This document shows, piece after piece, positions 18,501 through 25,495 of a stretch of DNA of 64,000 nucleotides (its first letter is position 1; every line of letters starts with the position of its first letter). Origin of the DNA: a virus; IMG/VR virus record IMGVR_UViG_3300029712_000001. One strand, given 5' to 3'. Made by a program: the position numbers and the translations under genes. Under the pieces are notes generated by a model. It made no database searches. It worked only from the letters and a program-made list of their open reading frames with translations, and was not told the DNA's origin.

Positions 18501-20048
18501 AGATGTGAAAGGAGCACCAACAACATCTTGTTCGGTTACAGTAATCTTAGACCCTACCTGACCTTCATTACAATCGTTTTTGGTAAATTCTTCACTGTAT
18601 TTACCAGTCCACGTACAATGGCCGTCCCGGTTGGCTATGGCCTGGCCCTGCTGCTCGACGGCAGCCTGAGCGAGCGCGTTAGCCGCCTCCTGGCTTTCGT
18701 ATGAAGTAAAAGGACCACCGGTTACATCATCTTGGTCTACTGTTACCTGCGAACCTACGCCTTCTCCGTCGCAATTGTCTTTTGTGAATACCTTGCTATA
18801 TACACCAACAAATTGGTTTTTATCTATGCAAGTGCCTTTCTTATTTGCAAGATCCTGTTTCTGTTCTTCCATAGCAGCCTGAGCGAGCGCGTTAGCCGCC
18901 TCCTGGCTTTCCCTTGATACAAAAGCATCCGGGTATCCAGCAAGATCCTTTTCAGTTAAATCGACAAAGCTTCCGGTCTGAGATTCAGCATCGCAATCAT
19001 TTTTCTGAACACGAGCCGAAGCCTTTCCGACGAAATAATTTGGATCAGTAACGCATTCTCCATTCAGGTTTGCCTGATCCTGACCATTTTTCTCTACATC
19101 ATCAAGAGCTTTCTGATCAGCATCTTCTTGACTTACGTCTGATGTGTATTTACCGGCTTCTACCGTGTAAGTGTAAGGTGCTCCGATAAACCCATCTTCG
19201 CAGTCATTCTTATAAAATACTTTCGACTTCTCTACGTTATACCATAAATTAGTTTCACAGGTGCCATGCTCATTAGCATACCCTGGACCTTCAGCTTCCA
19301 AGGCTTCCAAAGCCTTCTGATTAGCATCCTCCTTAGAAACAGAAGAAGAGAAACGGCCGGCTTCTACAACGTACTCTACCATAGATCCAACTTCAGTCAC
19401 CTCACAATCTGTCTTTTGGAACATTTTGGATTTCCTGTCGTTGTACCATTTTATGGTATTGCAAGTGCCATGAGAATTAGCATAGTCTTGACCTTTGGCA
19501 TTCAACTCGGCTTCAGCCTTACGGTCAGCATCCTCTTGGCTTATGGAAGAAGAGAACTGCCCGGCTTCGATCGTCATCGTAACCAAACTTCCTTCTTCGG
19601 TATCAGGATCGCAGTCGTTCTTTCTAAACGACTTTGATTTCTTGACATTGTACCATAATATGGTTATACAACGACCATGCTCATTAACCCAGTTCTGACC
19701 ATTTTGCTCAATGTCTCTCATAGCCTTGTCATCAGCATCAGACTGAGATATGATAGACGTGTATTTTCCGGCCTCAACAACATACTCAAGCTCTTCCCCT
19801 TTCTCTGTTTCAGGATTACATCCTTCTTTTGTGAAAAGAGCTGACTGTCTTTTATTTCTATAAACTACCTGTTCTTTTTTTTTATGAACTAACGTATATT
19901 CTTCAGATACGCTACCGTCCCTGGAAGACACCCTTATCTTGACACTTCTGTTGGCACCAGTATCATTTTCATCAAAGTAAATATTAACCTTACTGTTAAG
20001 ACCGCCTTCTTTCTTATCTATGTTCGCCCAACAATTATCTACTTTCAT
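15537..20048 (-). CDS. giant repeat-containing fibre/decoration protein with BACON-like modules
   Basis: 1503 aa. About 14 tandem ~70-aa units fit Y.K.F.KNDC....GS.V...V.AG.F.S..SQEDAD.KA......GQ..AN..G.C. The N-terminus and two C-proximal modules (PSWCSV..ANTTSSSRSGDIVFVQNESGKTVTLSITQ; PSWVTE..ANSSSSSRSGTVTLKQNESGKTVNITVNQ) look BACON-like. Confidence 0.6.
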   Translation of the reverse strand: MKVDNCWANIDKKEGGLNSKVNIYFDENDTGANRSVKIRVSSRDGSVSEEYTLVHKKKEQVVYRNKRQSALFTKEGCNPETEKGEELEYVVEAGKYTSIISQSDADDKAMRDIEQNGQNWVNEHGRCITILWYNVKKSKSFRKNDCDPDTEEGSLVTMTIEAGQFSSSISQEDADRKAEAELNAKGQDYANSHGTCNTIKWYNDRKSKMFQKTDCEVTEVGSMVEYVVEAGRFSSSVSKEDANQKALEALEAEGPGYANEHGTCETNLWYNVEKSKVFYKNDCEDGFIGAPYTYTVEAGKYTSDVSQEDADQKALDDVEKNGQDQANLNGECVTDPNYFVGKASARVQKNDCDAESQTGSFVDLTEKDLAGYPDAFVSRESQEAANALAQAAMEEQKQDLANKKGTCIDKNQFVGVYSKVFTKDNCDGEGVGSQVTVDQDDVTGGPFTSYESQEAANALAQAAVEQQGQAIANRDGHCTWTGKYSEEFTKNDCNEGQVGSKITVTEQDVVGAPFTSTVSQDDANNKAKAAVKEQGQAIANSKGNCENMTVYTGHYSKRFVPECEACHKGVEMEVTAEMVNGSPVTSTESQDAADAEARRIVEEGGQAYVNKNGNCTPLSTDPVWEDVVPEELRCNEGKSQKKQHDTNECSETHNQERWVDGGNKVCSWTGHYSETFQKNDCEIPDSGTEVEVSEADVEGNPFTSFVSQEDADNKAKEAVKAQGQAIANQKGKCRFVGVYSKQFTKDNCGSCHHGVPMSVTQDMVGGPFYSNESQEEANRLAQEAVEAQGQAYVNKNGTCEMDNTDPVWVDSEPLETKCEGGKSYKKQVNTNECYGGADERWVEGGDKVCTWTGTYSKQFTKQCADGGVGSKVTIDQDDVTGGPFTSTVSQEDANSKAQAAVEQQGQALADAQGTCTWTGKASKVFTRNNCGSCQHGSSVTVTQDQVGGPFTSNISQADANKKAQDAVNSQGQAVANKNADCLPDSTTPSWSDTGSTRCDGCTSQKQQRDTNPCSSSYNDTRWVNGGGESCTDWSYYGTGDCVGHTQYNAYRDSCSGSIDRQYSVSCRNCCNCGSYGSWQENGCNGTKTKFIRYDDCGNSDTKEEYVIGSCGYAPYEFQFHDGRTSKSRSVTGESQDIKEVIISTKNDSYIGYSVKSKPSWCSVDYRDQTSESMKAVVTLSANTTSSSRSGDIVFVQNESGKTVTLSITQDVAVTYEFSTNQSTWNADANGGTNNSYLCIQLKSKKNGSKIGYTVSSKPSWVTEVTEKPSGVNCPVLSGYDYSFVIISSANSSSSSRSGTVTLKQNESGKTVNITVNQEGKAEAKPVPAHITLKNGSWATYRKNNVSYNPGAGKCIAGFEWTSDENGNIRIYTCDIKVVDADYREISGATISIGTTTQRKQSGSSCSYFGAVMGGILAGYVHSGDENGDTTWYIRTINVSYEGKVYKTATVRQYEKQNISKKGGIFNVYNESPASYNFIVDGAECGDENGTLKYAYSQMDLNPA

Positions 20049-20815
20049 TCACTAACCCTCCATCTTAAATTTTTGGGAGTTGTACTTACGTTGATTACCT
20101 CAGAAGATCCATCGGAATCAAGATCAACAACATCCTTGTCCAGGTGAATTTCCTCCTTATCCACAGACTCGCATTCAACTATTTCAATAACATAATCTTT
20201 TATATTACTTTCTATACTTAACTGCGTGCTTGTTTCATCACCCTCAACCTGTTCAAATTCCTTATCCAATTTGATGTAAGGAACAACCTTTCCGGGTTGA
20301 TAGATAGGAATCAGTACACCATTTATAGTTATATTCTCATTAACTTCATCCCCATCCTCATTATCAGGCATGGAAACAATCATCGAAACCTGGAACGTGT
20401 CTTCAAGACCCGGATCACCAGGGAAACCATAATCAAGCCTAATATCATTGACGTCAATATTAAGACTGGAAGCGGTGGTAAATGCTTTTATGACACCCTT
20501 TATATCTTTCTCACCTGTAATAAGGGCATTGATAGAAGCGGCGTTGGTAGTAATAAGGATCTGCTTGTCTCCACCAGATATAGGGAACTCCAGCCTGCTA
20601 ACCGAGACTTCTGTGATCTTAATGCCTTTTTGCCTGAAAGTAATAGCTTTCATACTTTCAGTATCGGATTTCTTCACAATTCGGATAGTGATCCTGTCTT
20701 CCCTTCCTTTCCAAGATGGAGCATCGAAATTCATTTTATCACGACCGACACCTTCCTTCTTGTCCGAGGTAAGCCAAGAACCATCATCCATCTTATATAT
20801 TCTTTCTTTGCTCAT
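20045..20815 (-). CDS. fibre-associated protein with BACON/Ig-like modules
   Basis: 256 aa with an ATGA overlap to the downstream giant gene. The N-terminal segment GSWLTSDKKEGVGRDKMNFDAPSWKGREDRITIRIVKK has a BACON-like pattern. Confidence 0.45.
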   Translation of the reverse strand: MSKERIYKMDDGSWLTSDKKEGVGRDKMNFDAPSWKGREDRITIRIVKKSDTESMKAITFRQKGIKITEVSVSRLEFPISGGDKQILITTNAASINALITGEKDIKGVIKAFTTASSLNIDVNDIRLDYGFPGDPGLEDTFQVSMIVSMPDNEDGDEVNENITINGVLIPIYQPGKVVPYIKLDKEFEQVEGDETSTQLSIESNIKDYVIEIVECESVDKEEIHLDKDVVDLDSDGSSEVINVSTTPKNLRWRVSE

Positions 20816-20830
20816 AATAACCCTCCTTTA

Positions 20831-21217
20831 TTAAAGTGTCAGTTCCCATTCAACGCCATCATCTACCACAACCTGTACCGTAGCCGTACCACCTGTGGCT
20901 TCAAATGTTATGTCAGTAGGAATAACGTCAAATATCTCTTGTACCCCTACACATCCTAAACCACAGATAATGTCCTTAAACCATTCCTCTTTAGCATATT
21001 TTTTAAGAACCTCTTTAAAGAACTCACGAAGCCAATCTGAATCAATAGATTCCTTAAGTATGGTTTCTATTATCTCCTTAAGCCAAGATTCGTGCATTTC
21101 CTCTTTTAGAATCTCTTTAATAAGCTCGATAATAGTTTCTTTATCTAACTTATCAGAAGGCACAGAGCCATCAACGAGATTACCCCCGCATATAAATCCT
21201 TTGCATTTTTCTGCCAT
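20831..21217 (-). CDS. hypothetical protein with W-x-K/R-E-I/F heptad repeats
   Basis: 128 aa with ATG start. The segment ESWLKEIIETILKESIDSDWLREFFKEVLKKYAKEEWFKDI carries the repeats. Confidence 0.45.
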   Translation of the reverse strand: MAEKCKGFICGGNLVDGSVPSDKLDKETIIELIKEILKEEMHESWLKEIIETILKESIDSDWLREFFKEVLKKYAKEEWFKDIICGLGCVGVQEIFDVIPTDITFEATGGTATVQVVVDDGVEWELTL

Positions 21218-21233
21218 TTCTTATCCTCCTAAA

Positions 21234-21659
21234 TTAACAATGGAACCCATAAGAACTATTTGCCTCTTCTCGGTACACGACCCTCACTTCAGCAAATTCA
21301 TCTTGTTGACACATATCCCGGCAGAACCTAACAGTACGGCCCTGGACTTTATACATATCAGAAGGTACGACACCTCCGCAATAAGATACAAGCAAAATCT
21401 CTGCCGGATCCTTCTTTAGAACCACATGAGAAGTACCGTCAAATACTTCCGTATTGACAGATCCACTTACGTTAATAGCCCTTGAAACGTATTTAGCTAA
21501 ATTAGCCAAAGCCCTGTTTAAAGGCATACCATGATACAAACCAGCTTCTTCTATAGTTTCCCCATCATAGAATATTTTAGAAGAAGGAATATCGCAATGA
21601 TGCGGGCGTTCGCACCCACCATGACTGCCAAAACAACCGTTGTTACCTGTTATTGCCAT
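21234..21659 (-). CDS. hypothetical Cys/His-rich N-terminus protein
   Basis: 141 aa with ATG start and the motif GCFGSHGGCERPHHC. Confidence 0.45.
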   Translation of the reverse strand: MAITGNNGCFGSHGGCERPHHCDIPSSKIFYDGETIEEAGLYHGMPLNRALANLAKYVSRAINVSGSVNTEVFDGTSHVVLKKDPAEILLVSYCGGVVPSDMYKVQGRTVRFCRDMCQQDEFAEVRVVYREEANSSYGFHC

Positions 21660-21921
21660 TATTGCTTAAAATATTTATTTTTTGTTTTAAAAATTCTATT
21701 TCCCCATCCTGATATTCCATACGGCATATCATTGCATTGATTAAAGCCGTAAGATCAGATTTCTGAGCCAGACTGAAGTAGCCAGCGTTAATGCCGTCAG
21801 CGCAGTACACGCAGTTCGTGCAGGTGTATCCGTCCGGGCATGGCACCGGCGTTTCGTCCACATGTGGAACATATACGTGTTTACCACTTAAGTCCTTACC
21901 AATTTGTGCACTCTTTTCCAT
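21643..21921 (-). CDS. small Cys-rich plus coiled-coil protein
   Basis: The track start at 21948 is TTG; the first ATG is at 21921. Motif PCPDGYTCTNCVYC is followed by a heptad region. Confidence 0.4.
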   Translation of the reverse strand: MEKSAQIGKDLSGKHVYVPHVDETPVPCPDGYTCTNCVYCADGINAGYFSLAQKSDLTALINAMICRMEYQDGEIEFLKQKINILSNNGNNR

Positions 21922-22252
21922 TTTGAAGTTGTTTTTCAAGTTGTTCAACCCTTTGTTTTAGAAGCGTATTTTCTTCAACTATCCTATCCAAAAACTTATC
22001 TATGTTTTCAAAAACCAGTTCTATATTATGCATAACCTCATTATAAGGCATACCTGGAGTTAATTTGGATATGAATGTCTTGCATCCTGTATAATGAATG
22101 CAATGATCGCTTAAATGACCATACGGGCAATCGCATTCTTTTGGAAGAATCTCGCAATTGTCCGTACAGTCATTACATGGATCAGACCCGATACAAATAT
22201 TAGATCTCAGAATATCAGGTCTGTCATCTTTACAAGTGTTACATGAGTTCAT
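21896..22252 (-). CDS. small Cys-rich plus coiled-coil protein
   Basis: The track start at 22315 is TTG and overlaps the HNH stop; the first ATG is at 22252. Motifs CNTC..CNDCTDNCEILPKECDC are followed by LLKQRVEQLEKQL. Confidence 0.4.
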   Translation of the reverse strand: MNSCNTCKDDRPDILRSNICIGSDPCNDCTDNCEILPKECDCPYGHLSDHCIHYTGCKTFISKLTPGMPYNEVMHNIELVFENIDKFLDRIVEENTLLKQRVEQLEKQLQNGKECTNW

Positions 22253-22311
22253 GACTTTCTTTTTTTTTGGTGCAAGATAATAATTTTCATTCACACCATC
22301 ACAATGAGAAG

Positions 22312-22974
22312 TCAATCAATGTATTCTATGTTATTATTCGCATTTTTTTTCTTTTTAAGCCTGTATTCTTTTCCGTACTTTTTTTGACACTCTTTGCACA
22401 TATACTGATAGCCATGACCCTTTATGTAATAAAATTCAGATACAGATTTCACCTCGTTGCATGCATTACATTTTTTTGCAGTCCTATCTCTCTTATAAGG
22501 CAATATCCCATTATCGTTCCAGTCCGATAAAGCTTTGTCGTATGCATTTCTTGCATCTTCAACATCACAAAACACACCTAAATGATATTGTATCTTATTT
22601 ATCTGAATGCAAGCACCATATTTATTTATCTTCTCAAAGTAATGCACTCCCCTTCCGTATTTTGAAACCTTTGACCTACATATATTCTCTCTATTTGTGA
22701 GTTTTCTTAAATTACTAAGATTATTATTTAACTTATTATTGTCTATATGATCTATTACCAAATCATCTTTTACCTTACCATTAAAAGACTCATATACTAT
22801 CCTATGCACCCTCATTTTGCTCTTTCCACTCTTAACACTTGAAAGCGTCACCTCCTCGTAACCATATATATTAATACGAGTCTTCATTACAGTTCCTTTT
22901 TTAATATTGAAAATAATACCAGTATCACTTACTGCATATATACCTTCATACCCAACAACATTAATGACATTCAT
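22312..22974 (-). CDS. HNH homing endonuclease (NUMOD4 / HNH / AP2-like architecture)
   Basis: The N-terminus MNVINVVGYEGIYAVSDTG is NUMOD4-like. VHRIVYESF..IDHIDNNKLNNNLSNLR is the HNH core. GVHYFEKINKYGACIQINKIQYHLGVF..EDARNAYDKA is AP2-like, and a C-terminal CxxC..CxxC follows. The track's TTG start at 23001 was replaced by the ATG at 22974. Confidence 0.8.
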   Translation of the reverse strand: MNVINVVGYEGIYAVSDTGIIFNIKKGTVMKTRINIYGYEEVTLSSVKSGKSKMRVHRIVYESFNGKVKDDLVIDHIDNNKLNNNLSNLRKLTNRENICRSKVSKYGRGVHYFEKINKYGACIQINKIQYHLGVFCDVEDARNAYDKALSDWNDNGILPYKRDRTAKKCNACNEVKSVSEFYYIKGHGYQYMCKECQKKYGKEYRLKKKKNANNNIEYID

Positions 22975-23055
22975 ATAGCATTTATCGTATTTATACGGCA
23001 AATATAATAATTACTACGATTAAAATAATAAATTATTCGGATTTGTTTTAATGTA

Positions 23056-23113
23056 ATTCAGATTACGAGGCGAACAATTGCCATTGTTCGCATTACCGCC
23101 GAAACGAGCAGCC
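23056..23113 (-). repeat. DGR-like template repeat (TR), non-coding copy
   Basis: 58 nt homologous to 23520-23577. It carries AAY at all six codons that differ. The copy sits behind in-frame stops and runs to a TAA at 23030-23032. Confidence 0.6.
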
Positions 23114-23269
23114 AATTCTTTTTAACCTTTTTCTCAACCGTTATTTGCTATTTCAGAGGTCAGATCCCAATGTAAAACTTGTTAGCAGACTAACGGATTT
23201 CATTGAATAGATTTTTATTGTTTATAATGTTAACTATCTCTGTTGTCTAATGACATTGCAAATGTATGT

Positions 23270-23342
23270 ATAATATTTTATAGCTACAAAACAATTTGTA
23301 TTAAATATTTTAAATTTTTGTTTTGTGGCTATAAAATATTAT
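23270..23342. repeat. long near-perfect palindrome (25-nt arms, 23-nt loop)
   Basis: ATAATATTTTATAGCTACAAAACAA and TTGTTTTGTGGCTATAAAATATTAT pair at 24/25 positions; the single exception is a G-T pair. Confidence 0.8.
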
Positions 23343-23353
23343 ATTAACAAGAT

Positions 23354-23436
23354 ACGGCTGCGCCGTGATATAGTATATAAGGCTGCGCCTTAGCGCTGCG
23401 CTTATGATGGCTGCGCCATCAATGGGTTGCACCCAT
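23354..23436 (-). repeat. array of five GC mini-hairpins (core GGCTGCGCC)
   Basis: The five units are ACGGCTGCGCCGT, AAGGCTGCGCCTT, AGCGCTGCGCT, ATGGCTGCGCCAT and ATGGGTTGCACCCAT. The flanking dinucleotides covary to keep pairing. The last unit touches the stop codon at 23436-23438. Confidence 0.75.
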
Positions 23437-23493
23437 CAAACCTGCGGTTGACTGACGTCTAATAACAACTGGGCAAGGCCGCAATTGCTGCGA
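23436..23493 (-). other. 3' tail of the fibre gene downstream of the variable region (GC-rich)
   Basis: Encodes ..SRSNCGLAQLLLDVSQPQV*. This is a relatively GC-rich stretch between the VR and the hairpin array, where a DGR IMH-type element would be expected. Confidence 0.3.
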
Positions 23494-25493
23494 GACGTAT
23501 GAGAAGCGGCGTAATTCGCATACAGAAAACGAGGCGAACAATAGCCATGGGGCGCATAACCGCCGAAACGAGCAGCCACTCTGGACTTTATACCAACAGA
23601 TGAAGCCCAGTAGCAGTTGTCCCATGTATAAAAACATTCTCCTGAATTATAATTTCCTCCCTTTTTACCCTTCCATCCGGTATAAGGGATACGATGTAAA
23701 ACATGACCATCTCCTAAATTTTGGGTAGTTGCTATCTTCTTATATTTGGATTCAAAATCAAAAACCTCACCATTATTTATAGTAGACCTTTTCTCATATG
23801 TCCATTTCTTTTGATCTGGCTCTATATAAATATCAATAGTATTACCTATTCGAGTGACATTAGGATCATTTAAACAAGTCCCTACCTGTTCGTATCCTCC
23901 TCCACAATACCTAAAGACATCTCCAGACAAATTCATGCCATCGTACAAAGACATCCTTAAGATAACTTCCAAATCAAATTCTGCCGGTTCGTCATTTTCG
24001 TTTAAGGCCGATATAGTGCCGGTCATTTCCTTAAACACAATAACATTCATATGACCTTCAACCATACTCTTGGCTCCCTGGACGTTCTTATACCAATATT
24101 TTCCTCCATAAAAATCGAACTCCAATCCTTCCTCTATTCCTGCCTCAAATGCAAAAGAAGCCGCCATCTGGCTTTCCATGCACTGTTCTTTAGGATATTC
24201 TGAATTTATGAGGTAAGAAAAATGAGTTTTTTTAGTAGGTTCATAATGTATAATAGAAGAATTTGTAGCCCATGATCCATACAACCATGTCTCTTCTCCT
24301 TTTTTACGATACTTTACACCTCCGTATTTGCGATAATTAACATCATTACCTACTCCGGAGTTACTTGATATCCCTGATCCAAAAGTATCTGGATTAGCTA
24401 AGTGTTTAGTACCGTACAGCATTTCAAGGTATATGATATAAGCATTCAAGGTCAAAAAACCACCTTCAGAAAAAGGATAAGAAGATTCAGGATCTACGTT
24501 ATTAACCCTCGAATACTTAGCTATATTGATTTGATTTACATCATTGCTTCTCGGATAAGTTCTTCCATTTAAAAACATCGTGCAGGCGTTACCAACTCCG
24601 GCTCCGGATTTACAATTTGTTTCTCCTTCATACAAGAAAAAGAAAGATCTTGCCTTGGAGTCTACTGTACATACCGGTCCAGGAGATAAGGCTGTGGGCG
24701 GAAGCACAGGGCACGTCTGGCGCAGGTCAAGTCCGTCCAGCATAGGAACCGTGTCTGCGTCGTACACACCAGACCATATTTTCCCGCTTTTACCAACTAC
24801 CTTATCAGCTACATACAGACTCTTGCTACATCCTAAGAATATGCTATAATTCTTTGAAGTAGTCTCCCAAGGTCTTAAAATCCTTACCTCTGATCCTGAT
24901 ACATTATAAAGTTTTTGACCAATACCATACTCTTCGTAAAAAGCCTTGGCGTCAAATGCTCCGGCATCACAATACTTATTTTTATGACCGTTATCCAAAT
25001 ACAGTTCCACATCGCATTCGGCTCTCATTTCCTCGGTTATACCTACCGTAGGAGCAAAATCTCCGTTTTCAAATCTAAGGAGATTATTCTTACGAAGCTT
25101 CCCGACCGGACGCACTTTGTCTCCGGTATTTTGAGTCATGTCTATAAGGTAAAAATCCCAAGAAGGGAGAAGGCTTTTGTCGCCAACTGATTCCGTGGCT
25201 TCTGGAGGAAGTTGGTCCTCAGCCCAAGCGGATGCCGATCCTGAAGCACCTTCTTTAAGAACATTGAAAGTATTACCATCAGACAAAACAAAAGGCTCAG
25301 ATTCCTCCCCTTTCTTCGATAAAAACTTTTCCCTTTTACCAACTTGATTAACGACGATGTTCTTCTTAGCCTTATTCCCTTCATCGGAAATAGTGTAATT
25401 CAAAGTCGTATCAAGACCTTCATTTATTTCAGAAAACACCGACACCAGTTTATCATTCTCACCTTCTGTCGGATTAAATTTTACGTTGCTCAT
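23436..25493 (-). CDS. tail-fibre / receptor-binding-type protein carrying the DGR-like variable region
   Basis: The track start is TTG; an ATG lies at 25493. The N-terminus is an Ig/BACON-like module (NPTEGENDKLVSVFSEINEGLDTTLNYTISDEGNKAKKNIVVNQVG). The C-terminal ARFGGYAPHGYCSPRFLY is the VR. Confidence 0.6.
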   Translation of the reverse strand: MSNVKFNPTEGENDKLVSVFSEINEGLDTTLNYTISDEGNKAKKNIVVNQVGKREKFLSKKGEESEPFVLSDGNTFNVLKEGASGSASAWAEDQLPPEATESVGDKSLLPSWDFYLIDMTQNTGDKVRPVGKLRKNNLLRFENGDFAPTVGITEEMRAECDVELYLDNGHKNKYCDAGAFDAKAFYEEYGIGQKLYNVSGSEVRILRPWETTSKNYSIFLGCSKSLYVADKVVGKSGKIWSGVYDADTVPMLDGLDLRQTCPVLPPTALSPGPVCTVDSKARSFFFLYEGETNCKSGAGVGNACTMFLNGRTYPRSNDVNQINIAKYSRVNNVDPESSYPFSEGGFLTLNAYIIYLEMLYGTKHLANPDTFGSGISSNSGVGNDVNYRKYGGVKYRKKGEETWLYGSWATNSSIIHYEPTKKTHFSYLINSEYPKEQCMESQMAASFAFEAGIEEGLEFDFYGGKYWYKNVQGAKSMVEGHMNVIVFKEMTGTISALNENDEPAEFDLEVILRMSLYDGMNLSGDVFRYCGGGYEQVGTCLNDPNVTRIGNTIDIYIEPDQKKWTYEKRSTINNGEVFDFESKYKKIATTQNLGDGHVLHRIPYTGWKGKKGGNYNSGECFYTWDNCYWASSVGIKSRVAARFGGYAPHGYCSPRFLYANYAASHTSRSNCGLAQLLLDVSQPQV
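23520..23577 (-). repeat. DGR-like variable region (VR)
   Basis: Identical to the TR except for 8 substitutions, all at TR adenines. Confidence 0.6.
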
Positions 25494-25495
25494 TT

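Noticed and set aside
23030-23577. The duplicated gene end next to the HNH gene, read as a simple co-conversion or target-site duplication left by homing.
   Set aside because: A drifted duplicate should carry mismatches at all four bases. Here 8 of 8 mismatches are at adenines of one copy, and all affected codons are AAY, which fits DGR mutagenesis far better.
23419-23637. A 72-aa minus-strand ORF overlapping the VR and hairpin region.
   Set aside because: It is out of frame with, and nested in, the 3' end of the 685-aa gene. Its openness is explained by the local GC-rich composition.
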